In this document: piece by piece, positions 39,353 through 49,174 of the stretch
Numbering within the stretch: position 1 is the stretch's first letter
Layout: every line of letters starts with the position of its first letter
Source of the DNA: Gemmatimonadota bacterium
GTDB taxonomy: Bacteria > Gemmatimonadota > Gemmatimonadetes > Palauibacterales > Palauibacteraceae
Reading direction: 5' to 3'
DNA: 64,000 nucleotides
Assembly (NCBI GenBank): GCA_036679495.1
Contig: JAZDDE010000304.1
Location: 6,674-70,673, forward strand
Program-made: the position numbers and the translations under genes
Notes under the pieces: model-generated
Told to the model about the DNA's origin: nothing
The model's database searches: none
Seen by the model: only the letters and a program-made list of their open reading frames with translations

Positions 39353-40505
39353 TGGCGCGCTCGCGATGATACTGACTGACCGTAACGCCGTCGTAGTACG
39401 GATTCTCCGGGCCCACAGGCAGTTCCACGACGCTCCCGTTCAGCGCCGCGGTGTAGATGGCCGTGCATAGTTCGAGCGCGGAGCGACCCTCGTGCGCCGA
39501 AACTGGCAGTGGCTTGCCTTCGGATAGCGCATCGACGACTTGGCGGAGATACGGTGCGTGGCTGTTCTCCTGTTTCTTACGCTGGCGCGGGGCAAAGCCC
39601 GCCCGCCGAGCCACTCGTGTCGTGATCCTCGTCCACCTCGCGGGCCTGCGTGGGCGAGCAGATGGGAAGCGCTTCTCGAGTTCAGCCTGGACTTTCGCCA
39701 GGTGATGGCCATCAGCACTGCGCAGCGCCCATGGTCGGTGGACCGAGCAGAGATCACCAATGACATCCAGGACGGTGCTGGCTTGGTGCGCCAACATCGT
39801 TGCTGAGCAGCTCGCGATTGCGCCGCTCTGGAAAGAGATATTGGCCGAGAGGCTGTCCTCGGACTCCAGGTCCTCGTTGGTAGTGGTCACTAGGGCGCTG
39901 ACCGTCCGGGCTTTTCCGAAGATGTACTGCAGCAGATCGAGCTGGTGAATCATCAGAGTCATCGTGACTCCGCCTCCCGCGATGCCCCATCGCCCCCACC
40001 AGCTCGAGCGGGTGCCCGGCTTTTGGTCAAACGTGCTGAACTGGTTGAGCCGGCCGAAGCGCAGCGCTCCTAGCAGTCCCTCGTCCCGGGCCCAGATTAT
40101 CCGCTCAACAGTTTCGGAGAAACGAAGCTGATGCACCACTGAAAGCCTGCCGGGGTACCGTTCAGCGGCCGCGAGGATCCTGTCGGCAGACGCCAGCGAG
40201 TGTGCCAAGGGCTTCTCGCACACGACAGCCTTGCCAGCTGAAAGAGCGTCGATGACCAATTCTTCGTGAGCTGAGGGCGGAGTAGCGACGATGACGACAT
40301 CGACGTCAGGCCGGTCGAGTAGGGCGCGATGGTCCGACAAGACATGAGGCACAAAGAACGAATCAGCGACTGCGCGGAGAGACCTCTCACTAACGTCGGC
40401 GACGGCAACGACGCGGGCTCGATCCGGCATTTGTTTCAAGCCGTCGAGGTGCTCCCGGGCGACCAGGCCGGCACCGATGACGCCGAATCCTGCCGGGCGT
40501 TCCAT
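39345..40505 (-). CDS. Gfo/Idh/MocA-family NAD(P)-dependent sugar oxidoreductase
   Basis: N-terminal Rossmann GVIGAGLVAREH...VVAVADV and VVCEKPLA (EKP motif). WbpB-like context next to the DegT gene. Confidence 0.8.
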   Translation of the reverse strand: MERPAGFGVIGAGLVAREHLDGLKQMPDRARVVAVADVSERSLRAVADSFFVPHVLSDHRALLDRPDVDVVIVATPPSAHEELVIDALSAGKAVVCEKPLAHSLASADRILAAAERYPGRLSVVHQLRFSETVERIIWARDEGLLGALRFGRLNQFSTFDQKPGTRSSWWGRWGIAGGGVTMTLMIHQLDLLQYIFGKARTVSALVTTTNEDLESEDSLSANISFQSGAIASCSATMLAHQASTVLDVIGDLCSVHRPWALRSADGHHLAKVQAELEKRFPSARPRRPARWTRITTRVARRAGFAPRQRKKQENSHAPYLRQVVDALSEGKPLPVSAHEGRSALELCTAIYTAALNGSVVELPVGPENPYYDGVTVSQYHRERANA

Positions 40506-40539
40506 GAGTCGAGTCTAGCGCGACAGACACCACCGTGCT

Positions 40540-41463
40540 TCAGGCTGGATCGACGCCTCTTCCTCCCTCAGTCGCCTTGAGCTGCGCTCGCAACCGCACC
40601 TCGAGCTCTGGATCGATCTTGGGGGTCGGCCGCATCTCGAAAGACGCCGGCAACGGGCGGATCCTGCGGATCTCGACGCCATGGAGGTCGAGGAACGATT
40701 CGATACGAGTCGCGACCCTCGGAGGGTCTCTACAGAGCTCTTCGTAGGTCAAGGTCAAGAACCGGTTTGAGTTCATGGACCCGGAAACGATCGCTTGTTC
40801 GGTGGCGCGGATCTGCTCGATGACCTGGTGCTCGGGCGCGAGGTGCTTCAGGGTCTCCAGGTTTGGGGGTCGTATTGACCACCAGCGAGCGTAGTCTCCC
40901 CGGATCCTTTTCCTTGCAGCGAGGATCGAGACCGCGCTGGCCAGCTCATTCCTGGATATCACCAGATAGAGGGTTTCGGGGAGAAATTTCTGAAGCGCGG
41001 CGAGACGGAAGGCCGCCGGTAGATTCTTCGAGACGGCGGGTCGACCGAATGCTCTCATCAGCGCCCTGAACGAGCCGCGCATCACCTCCATCCGGCGAAG
41101 GTCGATGCGGTCGAGGGAGCATTCCTCGGCGGATTTCGGGAAGAAACGGTACCAATAACGCCAGAACTCGCTAACTCCTCGCGGCCCTCGGGTCCTGCCG
41201 GCATCGGACGAGTAGTCTGCGGTTCGTGGCCACCTGGTCACCCTACCGATCCTCTCCGCGAGAGCGGGCCAACCGAAGAGCGCGTGATGGAGGTTGGCGG
41301 TGAACGCGAGATCGTAGCTGGCGACGAGGAACTGGAAAAGCAGAGTCGTGCCGCTTCGTGGGGACCCCAGGATGACTATGGGGACGTACGGGAGAGGTTT
41401 CATCGAGCCGTCGGCAGCCCACTGCTCGAGTCGCTCTAATCTAGCGTTGAGTCGTTCCAGCAT
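40540..41463 (-). CDS. sulfotransferase
   Basis: 5'-PSB IVILGSPRSGTTLLF and 3'-PB YLVISRNELASAVS. Start ambiguous (41463 or 41403). Confidence 0.7.
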   Translation of the reverse strand: MLERLNARLERLEQWAADGSMKPLPYVPIVILGSPRSGTTLLFQFLVASYDLAFTANLHHALFGWPALAERIGRVTRWPRTADYSSDAGRTRGPRGVSEFWRYWYRFFPKSAEECSLDRIDLRRMEVMRGSFRALMRAFGRPAVSKNLPAAFRLAALQKFLPETLYLVISRNELASAVSILAARKRIRGDYARWWSIRPPNLETLKHLAPEHQVIEQIRATEQAIVSGSMNSNRFLTLTYEELCRDPPRVATRIESFLDLHGVEIRRIRPLPASFEMRPTPKIDPELEVRLRAQLKATEGGRGVDPA

Positions 41464-41505
41464 GAAGTTCGTGTGATCTTGTACTTTCGCGACTCGGCCC
41501 TTGAG

Positions 41506-42570
41506 TCAATCGTTCTCCGGCCGCTCAGTCAGCCAGAATCTGCCGCGGGGTGAGCGGGCTCCCGAAGCTCGCTCGAGCTGCTGAATCGCCCGCCGTCGCG
41601 CCTCGCGGCTGGTTTCGGGAAGAACCTTCCGTAGGCCCCGTTTGAGGCGCCGTTTCCGCCACAGCTCGACTGCCTCCAGCCACGGCGGTCCTGAGGCTCG
41701 ATTGTTTCGAGTCTGCCCGAACTCGAGCAGGTAGCCGAGGCGCTCGAGAGCGTCGCCAGCCAGTCCTTCGAACGCGCGGATTTCGCGCTGTTTCAACTGG
41801 GAGCGATACTTGGCGGTGTTTCCCTGCATCAGCGGTTCCCCGAGGTTGCGCCACATGTCTGTCGTCGACGCCTCTGTACGAGCTCGGTCGCTCTCATTGA
41901 ACGACAGCATGCTGGGCTCGAACTCGAGTCCCAGTCCCGCACAGAGGTGGCGAAGCGTTGGCTCAGGGGCCTCGACGAGATCCTCGTACTTGACCGCCAC
42001 AATCAGATGTCGGGAGGCGTGATCGGTGCATACCTTCATGCAGTTCTCTTGCTCGTCCTGCCATTTCAGGGCGAGTTCTCTCCAGGTTAGTGCCAGGCGT
42101 CCGCTGTTCCGGAGGGAGAGGGCGACGTCGCGGCCGTCACGGTAGAGGTAGACGAGGCGGCTGGTCGGGAACGCCGCAGTCATGCCGTGAGTGAATCTCC
42201 AAAGGTCGTTCTCCTTGCACAGCCATGAGGTCTTCGATTCTGCACGAGCGTAGGCCGCGTAGAACTCGCCCACGATGCCGCACAGTGAATGGGACGGCGC
42301 CGCTGCTGCTATCGTGCCCGGGTCGAAGTGACCTTGCCAAGGGCTGAAGTGCGATAGCACAAGCTTCTTGCAGGCCTCGGCCACGCCCTCGCCGTATCCG
42401 GCCGTGTTGGGGTTTCCCAGTCGATCGACGAAGCGCCAGAGAACCTTTAGCATGTGGGGAGACGGAGGACCGCTGACCCGGCTGTGACGGTCGAGCATCA
42501 AACGCAAGACGTTGCTGCCCGATCTCTCGCTCGCGACGAGGAGGATCGGTCCTTGCGGAGTCTCGGCCAT
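41506..42570 (-). CDS. sulfotransferase
   Basis: 5'-PSB ILLVASERSGSNVL and 3'-PB VYLYRDGRDVALSL. The ORF extends to 42684, but that would overlap the upstream gene by 64 nt. Confidence 0.7.
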   Translation of the reverse strand: MAETPQGPILLVASERSGSNVLRLMLDRHSRVSGPPSPHMLKVLWRFVDRLGNPNTAGYGEGVAEACKKLVLSHFSPWQGHFDPGTIAAAAPSHSLCGIVGEFYAAYARAESKTSWLCKENDLWRFTHGMTAAFPTSRLVYLYRDGRDVALSLRNSGRLALTWRELALKWQDEQENCMKVCTDHASRHLIVAVKYEDLVEAPEPTLRHLCAGLGLEFEPSMLSFNESDRARTEASTTDMWRNLGEPLMQGNTAKYRSQLKQREIRAFEGLAGDALERLGYLLEFGQTRNNRASGPPWLEAVELWRKRRLKRGLRKVLPETSREARRRAIQQLERASGARSPRGRFWLTERPEND

Positions 42571-42620
42571 GGCTCGGGATTCGATGAAGAGTGTGTCTCG
42601 GCCGGACCGGGCTGGCCAAG

Positions 42621-43694
42621 CTAGCGAAGCAGCGTGGGGCTCCTGTACCAGCGGCGATACTTTCTGAGGACACGCCACCTCCACCGGCGAAACTCACTCC
42701 GACTCCTGTGCCGGCTCTTCGAATCCAAACCGGGCGCACCGCAGATGAGGTCCAGATCGTAGCCTAGGTGCCGCTGTAGCTCCAGGGCCGACCGCGGTAG
42801 ATTGCGCTTTTCTCCGAGAGCAAGCAGCTCTTCGCCCGCCGATGAGAGCCCAAGCGCGCTAAAGACACTGCGAACAGGCGCCTCGAATTCCTTCTTGTAC
42901 TGTCCGACGCTAGTGGTGGCTATTCGATCGTTCTTGTTGCTTTTCCACCCTCTTATTTGCCTCCCGCCGGCTCCCTCGGCTTGCAGCATGGCCGGATGGA
43001 AGGGCAGATCAAGAAAGGCGCAGAGGTCGCGGACTACTGGCTCAGGGTCCCTCGCGAGATCCTCGTAACGCAGTTCGTAGTAGCCGGGCATCTCGCGGTG
43101 ACTGATTCCCGCCAGCGTGGCGCAGAACCAGCGAGATACCGCTCGAAACGGGGAGTGTCCTCGGCGCACGAGGGAGGCGACGCAGTCTCGTCCATCGCGG
43201 ATGATGTGCACGAACTGCGCTCCGGGAAAGAGACGACGGAGATGAGCGAAGCAGAACACGTTGCCAGGGGTCTTCTCGACCCACCGCTGCGCACCGCACG
43301 TTTCCCTTTCCCGATCGAGAAACGCCTTCACCATCGTGCCGTAGTCACTGCTCTCCCTCGCGAGTTGGAACAGATCCTTGAAAGTCCAGCTGTAGTCTTC
43401 GAGATGAGTGAACAGCCTGAAACCGCTTCCAACGAAGTGGTTCGGGTAGCCATTCTCAAGCCAGTCACCAATGTTGCGTTCGAACGAAGCTGGACTCTCG
43501 AGTAGGAGTCTTTGTTTGTCGAAGATCGCGAGCTCAGGACCAGCGTACAGATCGGGATGTCGACTCAGGATGACCCTTAGCAGAGAGCTGCCGGCGCTGG
43601 GTGCGTTGCCCAGGATGATCGGCGTGGATTGGTCAAAGGCGGTCAACTTCTCATTTCCCACGTCCCCCGGCCGCGAGCTGCGTAGATCGATCAT
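42621..43694 (-). CDS. sulfotransferase
   Basis: 5'-PSB IILGNAPSAGSSLL and 3'-PB VHIIRDGRDCVASL. Confidence 0.75.
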   Translation of the reverse strand: MIDLRSSRPGDVGNEKLTAFDQSTPIILGNAPSAGSSLLRVILSRHPDLYAGPELAIFDKQRLLLESPASFERNIGDWLENGYPNHFVGSGFRLFTHLEDYSWTFKDLFQLARESSDYGTMVKAFLDRERETCGAQRWVEKTPGNVFCFAHLRRLFPGAQFVHIIRDGRDCVASLVRRGHSPFRAVSRWFCATLAGISHREMPGYYELRYEDLARDPEPVVRDLCAFLDLPFHPAMLQAEGAGGRQIRGWKSNKNDRIATTSVGQYKKEFEAPVRSVFSALGLSSAGEELLALGEKRNLPRSALELQRHLGYDLDLICGAPGLDSKSRHRSRSEFRRWRWRVLRKYRRWYRSPTLLR

Positions 43695-43714
43695 TCGACT
43701 TCGATGCCACTCCG

Positions 43715-44806
43715 CTAGCTCCTGAACAACCGCTTGAATCCTCCCGCTATTCGGGCCGCGTTCGCCTTGAGGCCCACTGGCCTAGCGGCGTGGCTCTTCC
43801 GAATAACCGCGTAGGGAGTCTGTCGGCCGCCGAGTCCGCGGAAGGCGTGCTCGATAGGCTCCATCACGGAGCCTTCAAAGTCGAAACGCGCGGCGACTCC
43901 AGCAGAAAACTTGATGGCCTCCCACATCGCCAGGCTCGAGGCGCCACTGCTTCGCAGGCTGGGCTCTGAACCGCCCATCAGGTAGTAGGCCGTCCCGTTG
44001 TGCCAGACGACGTAGACGGCAGCGTGGACTGTCCCTGAACGATCGCGCGCCGCCACGATCCTGCGGCCTGCATGGACGCGGCAGGCTAGATCGACCCGCT
44101 CGAGTAGGTCGGAGGGGATCGGATTCGCAAGTCCCTGTCGGCTAAAGGTCTTGTCGTTGAGTACCAGAAAAGCGTCGAAGCTGAGGTCCTGGTCGGCGAC
44201 CAGGCCGCTCTTGCGCGCCCGGTTGATGCGCGACCTCGTCGTGCTTCTCATCTCGCTCCAGAGACGCTCCGGGTCCGACAGATCCGGCAGCAGATAGGTG
44301 TATCGGCTGGTCTGATGGAAGCCCCGCCAGTGAAACGGGAGCCAATTGGTGAAGTTTTCATGGAAGCGGTGCCGAAACCCGATGAAAGAAGGGAGTTGAT
44401 CGATCAACTGGCTGATCAGCCGGTGCTCACGGGAGAGCCTCTCGGCGTACTTCGCCCCCGTGTCCGCGAAGAGTATCCCGAGTTTCTGCGTCAAGAGCGG
44501 CATGTCAATCACAAGGCCGCTCGGTCCCTCTTCGAAGACGATGGGCCAAGCAGCGGCGAGCTCGGAGCCACGCCCGACGGTCAGAACGGTGTAGGCGTCC
44601 GGCGCCACGGCGTCCAACCACCAGCGGTGGCAGTAGATGCTGCCCTGCCGGGACTGCCTAACCAGCTCCTCATAGAGGTCCTTGCCCCCTCGGGGCTCGT
44701 CCCTCGCGTGACCGTCGCCAACGTTCAGGGTTTGGAATTCCTTTGGTGTGTGGGTTCGACGAGTGGGGAGGAGACGCCTTCGGCGGACCAGGAATAGTCG
44801 ACGCAT
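43715..44806 (-). CDS. FemAB-like/GNAT-fold acyl- or aminoacyl-transferase (Acetyltransf_6-like)
   Basis: About 360-aa soluble protein whose composition and length resemble the FemAB/BioF2-like GNAT family often found in EPS loci. Start uncertain because candidate starts overlap wzt. Confidence 0.45.
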   Translation of the reverse strand: MRRLFLVRRRRLLPTRRTHTPKEFQTLNVGDGHARDEPRGGKDLYEELVRQSRQGSIYCHRWWLDAVAPDAYTVLTVGRGSELAAAWPIVFEEGPSGLVIDMPLLTQKLGILFADTGAKYAERLSREHRLISQLIDQLPSFIGFRHRFHENFTNWLPFHWRGFHQTSRYTYLLPDLSDPERLWSEMRSTTRSRINRARKSGLVADQDLSFDAFLVLNDKTFSRQGLANPIPSDLLERVDLACRVHAGRRIVAARDRSGTVHAAVYVVWHNGTAYYLMGGSEPSLRSSGASSLAMWEAIKFSAGVAARFDFEGSVMEPIEHAFRGLGGRQTPYAVIRKSHAARPVGLKANAARIAGGFKRLFRS

Positions 44807-46029
44807 ACTCCGCCTCTTGGGTCCGTTGCCGACCTGCCGCTGCCGTAGTAGTCGCCGGCGTGGACTTCTATCAACGCTGCACCGGAGATCTTGTCGGCTA
44901 AGCCTCCGTTTGCCTTGCACTTGAGACTCAAACGATAGGAGCCCGGGTACAAGGGGAAGCGCGGGAAGGTACAAACTACTCGGGTGTTGTTCGAACCGAC
45001 GTCGAGCCGAGCATCAACGACATCGCTCCGGCACTTGAAGAGGAAATGATCTCTCATGTTGAGGAAGGCCAGCGAGACCCAGAAGCCCGACACCTGGGGA
45101 CGAGGCGTCTCGAGCGTCACGACGACCTGAGTCTGTTGGCCGGTTCTCGCCGCAGGTATCTGCTCGCCGGCAGAGTTGCGCAGCTCGATGGACGCAAACC
45201 TGACGTCCCCTGAGCCATAGCGGTCGGTCCGACTTCTTAGGTCGGGGTTATGAGCCGCCGAGCTTTGTCGCACGTAGATGTCGAGCGCTCGCGCAGTCTC
45301 GGTGTCGGCAACTACTTGGCCTTGTTTCAGTACCAGAGTCCGCTGACACAGCGCCTCGACGGCGGCGAGGTTGTGGCTCACGAAGAGGATCGTCGCCCCG
45401 GACGAGGCCACATCTGCCATCTTGCTCAGGCACTTCTGCCGAAAGGAGGCGTCCCCCACGGCCAGCACCTCGTCAATGATGAGAACTTCGGGGTTGAGAT
45501 GGGCCGCAACTGCGAAGCCCAGCCGCACTCCCATTCCGCTCGAATAGCGCTTGACGGGGGTATCGAGAAAGCGCTCGACCTCCGAGAAGGCGACGATCTC
45601 GTCGAACTTGGCGTCAATCTCGCGCTTGCTCATCCCCAGGATCGCGCCGTTGAGATAGATGTTCTCTCTGCCCGTGAGCTCGGCATGAAAGCCAGTCCCA
45701 ACCTCGAGCAGGCACCCAACTCGACCCACGATCTCGGCCTGACCCTCGGTCGGCTCGGTGATTCGCGACAGAACCTTGAGCAGAGTGCTCTTGCCGGCAC
45801 CGTTGCCTCCGATGATGCCCAGAGCTTCTCCTTGAGCCACCTCGAATGAGATGTCGCGAATGGCCCAAATCTCTCGCGTGTCGGGAGTCTCGATGGGGTC
45901 CGGATCCCGTCTGCCCAAGGACTTCCGGGCCAGTCGAGAGATGCTCTCGCGAAGGGTCCGGTAGCCGACGGTCTCTCCGAGGCGGTACTTCTTGCCGAGG
46001 GCATCTACTCGGAGGGCGTAGCGACTCAT
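44725..46029 (-). CDS. wzt: ABC transporter ATP-binding protein Wzt/KpsT-like with a C-terminal glycan-binding extension
   Basis: Walker A GGNGAGKST, signature YSSGMGVRLGFA, Walker B LIIDEVLAVGD and H-loop SHN. A ~180-aa C-terminal extension is typical of Wzt. Confidence 0.85.
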   Translation of the reverse strand: MSRYALRVDALGKKYRLGETVGYRTLRESISRLARKSLGRRDPDPIETPDTREIWAIRDISFEVAQGEALGIIGGNGAGKSTLLKVLSRITEPTEGQAEIVGRVGCLLEVGTGFHAELTGRENIYLNGAILGMSKREIDAKFDEIVAFSEVERFLDTPVKRYSSGMGVRLGFAVAAHLNPEVLIIDEVLAVGDASFRQKCLSKMADVASSGATILFVSHNLAAVEALCQRTLVLKQGQVVADTETARALDIYVRQSSAAHNPDLRSRTDRYGSGDVRFASIELRNSAGEQIPAARTGQQTQVVVTLETPRPQVSGFWVSLAFLNMRDHFLFKCRSDVVDARLDVGSNNTRVVCTFPRFPLYPGSYRLSLKCKANGGLADKISGAALIEVHAGDYYGSGRSATDPRGGVCVDYSWSAEGVSSPLVEPTHQRNSKP

Positions 46030-46032
46030 CGA

Positions 46033-46974
46033 TCAGACCAGGTCAACAATCGTGTGCTCCATCCGCCGAAAGAAGAACACTCCTCCGACCAGCAGGCAAA
46101 CGACCATGAGCGACGAGACGAGCAGCAGCAAACCCGGCGGCTCGCCTCGACCGAGCAACGCCCATCGAAACCCCTCGATCACACCGGCCATCGGATTGAG
46201 TCCATAGATGGCTTGCCAGCGGGCGGGGATTACGGCCTGCGTCTCGTAGACAACAGGGCTGATGAATTGCCCGATAGAGATAATGAACGGAATGATGTAG
46301 CGCACATCTCGGTACAGGGCGTTGAGGGCAGAGAGCCATAGACCCGCCGCAAGCGAGGTCAAGACCGCGAGCAAGAGGAACAACGGCAGCGTCAGGATGC
46401 GCCATGTCGGCGTGAGGTCGTAGGGTCCAAGGACTGAGTAGCCGGCCATGATTACCAGTAGGACCAGGAAGGCGACGAAAAAGTCGATGAGCGCGCAAAT
46501 CACTGGCGAAGCAGGGGCCAGCAAACGGGGGAAGTAGACCTTCTTGACGAGGTTCGCATTGGCGACGAGGCTGCCCCCGGACTGGGCCACCGACGACGAG
46601 AACAGTTGCCAAGGAAGGAGCGCGCAGTAGGTGGTTACCGCGTATGGGATGCCTTCCCCAACGGGCTTGCGGCCTATCAAGCTGAAGAGCAGATTGAACA
46701 CCAGCATGGTGAGCAAGGGACGGATAATCGCCCAGCCGGCGCCAAGAACAGTCTGCTTGTAGCGAACCTTGATGTCGCGAAGCGATAGGAACCAGAGAAG
46801 CTCTCGGTAGCGCCAAAGCTCCTTCAGTCCGAGCGAGGGCCAACCCTGGTTGGCTTGAATGATCTGCACGACCCCCTTCGCTGGTCGGCTGGTTGTCCCG
46901 GGCGAAGCCGGCGCCTCATCGTGCCCAGGCTCTTGAGTCGGGTCTTCTTGAACACTAGTCGCGTCGCTTGTCAC
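46033..46974 (-). CDS. wzm: ABC-2 type polysaccharide export permease Wzm-like
   Basis: 6 TM helices with ABC-2 topology. GTG start at 46974 gives a GTGA overlap with the upstream stop. The 365-aa ORF N-terminus is Arg-rich and was rejected. Confidence 0.7.
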   Translation of the reverse strand: MTSDATSVQEDPTQEPGHDEAPASPGTTSRPAKGVVQIIQANQGWPSLGLKELWRYRELLWFLSLRDIKVRYKQTVLGAGWAIIRPLLTMLVFNLLFSLIGRKPVGEGIPYAVTTYCALLPWQLFSSSVAQSGGSLVANANLVKKVYFPRLLAPASPVICALIDFFVAFLVLLVIMAGYSVLGPYDLTPTWRILTLPLFLLLAVLTSLAAGLWLSALNALYRDVRYIIPFIISIGQFISPVVYETQAVIPARWQAIYGLNPMAGVIEGFRWALLGRGEPPGLLLLVSSLMVVCLLVGGVFFFRRMEHTIVDLV

Positions 46975-47729
46975 AACGTGGCCTCTGTGGCGTCGAGATG
47001 TCGGAACGAGGCGAGCCCGAGCTCTCGCATCTCCGTCGCGACCGTGGCTTCCAGCCTTGAGAAGCTCTCGGGGTCGAAGTGTTGGAAGTCGTGAGCCCTT
47101 CGTGGAGCGATGATCTCCAGACTCGAACACGCGCTTTCTATCTGGGTCCGCTGGGGCTCCCTGTCAGGGAAGAAAAATCGAACGACACGCTCGAGGGCCG
47201 TCCCAGGCTGGTCGACCAGATCTTCGTAAGCGACGTGGCAGGACATAGGGTGATCGCCGTCCAGAACCCATTTGCGGACGAAGGACTTCCAGAATGAGAG
47301 ATGTTTGACGACATATTGATCCCAAAGACTTCGAGTGTCGTCCAAGCCCATCTGCTTCATGAAAAGGAAGTAGTTGGAGATCGAGGCGAGGAGAGGACTG
47401 CGGTATTGAACCAGGGTTGGGATGGCGTAGTCGTTGACCATGGAGAGTCCGAAGTCGTGGTTCTTCGAGAGGATCACGGCCGAGCGAACACGGTCGGCCG
47501 TGAGCTCGGGTTCCGGCCTCGAGCTCGCCAAGGCAGGGAGGCGCCTCGCAAGGCCCAGGCGGACCAACAACCTCTCACCGAGAGTCGGCGGAGGGAGTGG
47601 ATGGGGGCGATCATCGCGCTCGAACTTGGGTGTGTACTTGAAGTCAGCCTCGACAAAGTAACCCTCGAGAAGACGGATCAGAAGGTGGTGGCCACTCCTT
47701 GGGAACGAGACTCCGCGGTAGTACCTCAT
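46971..47729 (-). CDS. sulfotransferase-like protein
   Basis: 5'-PSB-like YRGVSFPRSGHHLLIRLL. The 3' motif is weak (AVILSKNHD). Start at the internal ATG. Confidence 0.45.
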   Translation of the reverse strand: MRYYRGVSFPRSGHHLLIRLLEGYFVEADFKYTPKFERDDRPHPLPPPTLGERLLVRLGLARRLPALASSRPEPELTADRVRSAVILSKNHDFGLSMVNDYAIPTLVQYRSPLLASISNYFLFMKQMGLDDTRSLWDQYVVKHLSFWKSFVRKWVLDGDHPMSCHVAYEDLVDQPGTALERVVRFFFPDREPQRTQIESACSSLEIIAPRRAHDFQHFDPESFSRLEATVATEMRELGLASFRHLDATEATL

Positions 47730-47971
47730 CGGTTTCTTGGGGGTTGGCGGGCGGGAACCTGGATTGACGATGGTGGACGAGGCCCGCCACTGCGCTTCGG
47801 AGCGTGATTGTACCGGAACCCAGAGGGCGAGAGAGGAGGTTACCTTGGCGCAGCCGGGCCTACGGGAGACACGATGCTCGCAGGCCGAGGAGTCCTCGAC
47901 CATATACTGGCCCGGCTTTGGCCAAGCCGCATATCTCACACTCGCCGCGATCCGATCGCGCCGGAGTCTTG

Positions 47972-49174
47972 ATGATCAACCAGTACTATTGGCCGGACGT
48001 AGCGGCCACGGCACAACTACTTAGCGACCTCGGCGAGGATCTGGCGTCTGCCGGCCACTACGTGTGTGCGTTGGCTGGTCGGGGTAGCTACGCCGGTACC
48101 GGTAAGAAGCGGGCGCCGCGAGAAGAGCACTGCGGAGTTGAAGTAGTTCGTGTGTGGTGTTCCAGTCTTGGCAGGCATTCGCGACTCGGGCGGATAGCCG
48201 ACTATGCGAGTTTCTTTGCGAGCGCGGCCTGGAGGGTGTGGCGGCGACCCGCTCCAGACGTTGTCATTTGCCTGTCGACGCCGCCGCTGGTCGCTCTTCT
48301 CGGTCTGCTCTGCAAGCGCCGCGGAAGCCGTTTCATCTACAAGGTCGAGGACCTCTATCCCGAGGTCGCCGTCGCCTTGGGCGTCCTTCGGGAGGGCGCG
48401 CTCTCGACCCGGATCCTGCGCTGGATCTCTAGGCGGGCGCTAGCTGGCGCCGACGCAGTGGTCGTCCTCGACAACGGCATGGAGGAGGCGGTGGTGAAGG
48501 CTGGCGCCGAGCGCGTGTGGGTCGTACCGAATTGGTCTGATGGCTCGGCCATTAGGCCGCAGTCGGCCTCGAAGAGTGGTTTTCGGAGCGACCACGATCT
48601 GGATCGCTCGTTCATCATTCTCTACTCGGGCAACATGGGCCTAGCCCACCGGTTCGACGCCGTGTCGCAAGCGGCCCGGAGCTTGGAAGGAACCCATCCG
48701 GACGTCCGATTTCTGTTCGTCGGCCGTGGCCCCCAGCGCGCCCGCCTGCAGGCGGACACGCGCGGCCTTGGAAACGTCCTGTTCTTCGACTATAGGCCGC
48801 GTGAGATGCTGAACGATCTCTACGCCGCAGCTGACGTACATCTGGTCACTCTGCGCGACGAGGTGGCTGGTCTTCTGTGGCCGTCCAAGTATCCGGCGGC
48901 GTTGGCCTCGGGGAGACCGGTGCTGCTGGTCGGCGGCGAGAACAGCACGATCTGGCGGGAGATTCTCCAGCGTGGCGTAGGTTGGTGCTGTGCTCATGAC
49001 CCGGCCGACCTAACCGATGCCGTTCTGGCGGCGAAGGCCGAGCTGGCGACCAGCGACGAACGCCGATCCCGGGCTCGTGAGCTCTTCGATCAGCGGTACT
49101 CTCGGGAACTCACGTCGCAGCGCTGGGTCGAGTTGGTCGAGAATCTGGCGGCGCCCCAAAGTCGCCGGCACTAG
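47972..49174 (+). CDS. glycosyltransferase, GT4 family (WcaI/WbuB-like)
   Basis: MINQYYWPD N-terminus is typical of the WcaI-like subgroup. GGAG SD 5 nt before the ATG at 47972. C-terminal GT-B motif. Confidence 0.75.
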   Translation: MINQYYWPDVAATAQLLSDLGEDLASAGHYVCALAGRGSYAGTGKKRAPREEHCGVEVVRVWCSSLGRHSRLGRIADYASFFASAAWRVWRRPAPDVVICLSTPPLVALLGLLCKRRGSRFIYKVEDLYPEVAVALGVLREGALSTRILRWISRRALAGADAVVVLDNGMEEAVVKAGAERVWVVPNWSDGSAIRPQSASKSGFRSDHDLDRSFIILYSGNMGLAHRFDAVSQAARSLEGTHPDVRFLFVGRGPQRARLQADTRGLGNVLFFDYRPREMLNDLYAAADVHLVTLRDEVAGLLWPSKYPAALASGRPVLLVGGENSTIWREILQRGVGWCCAHDPADLTDAVLAAKAELATSDERRSRARELFDQRYSRELTSQRWVELVENLAAPQSRRH

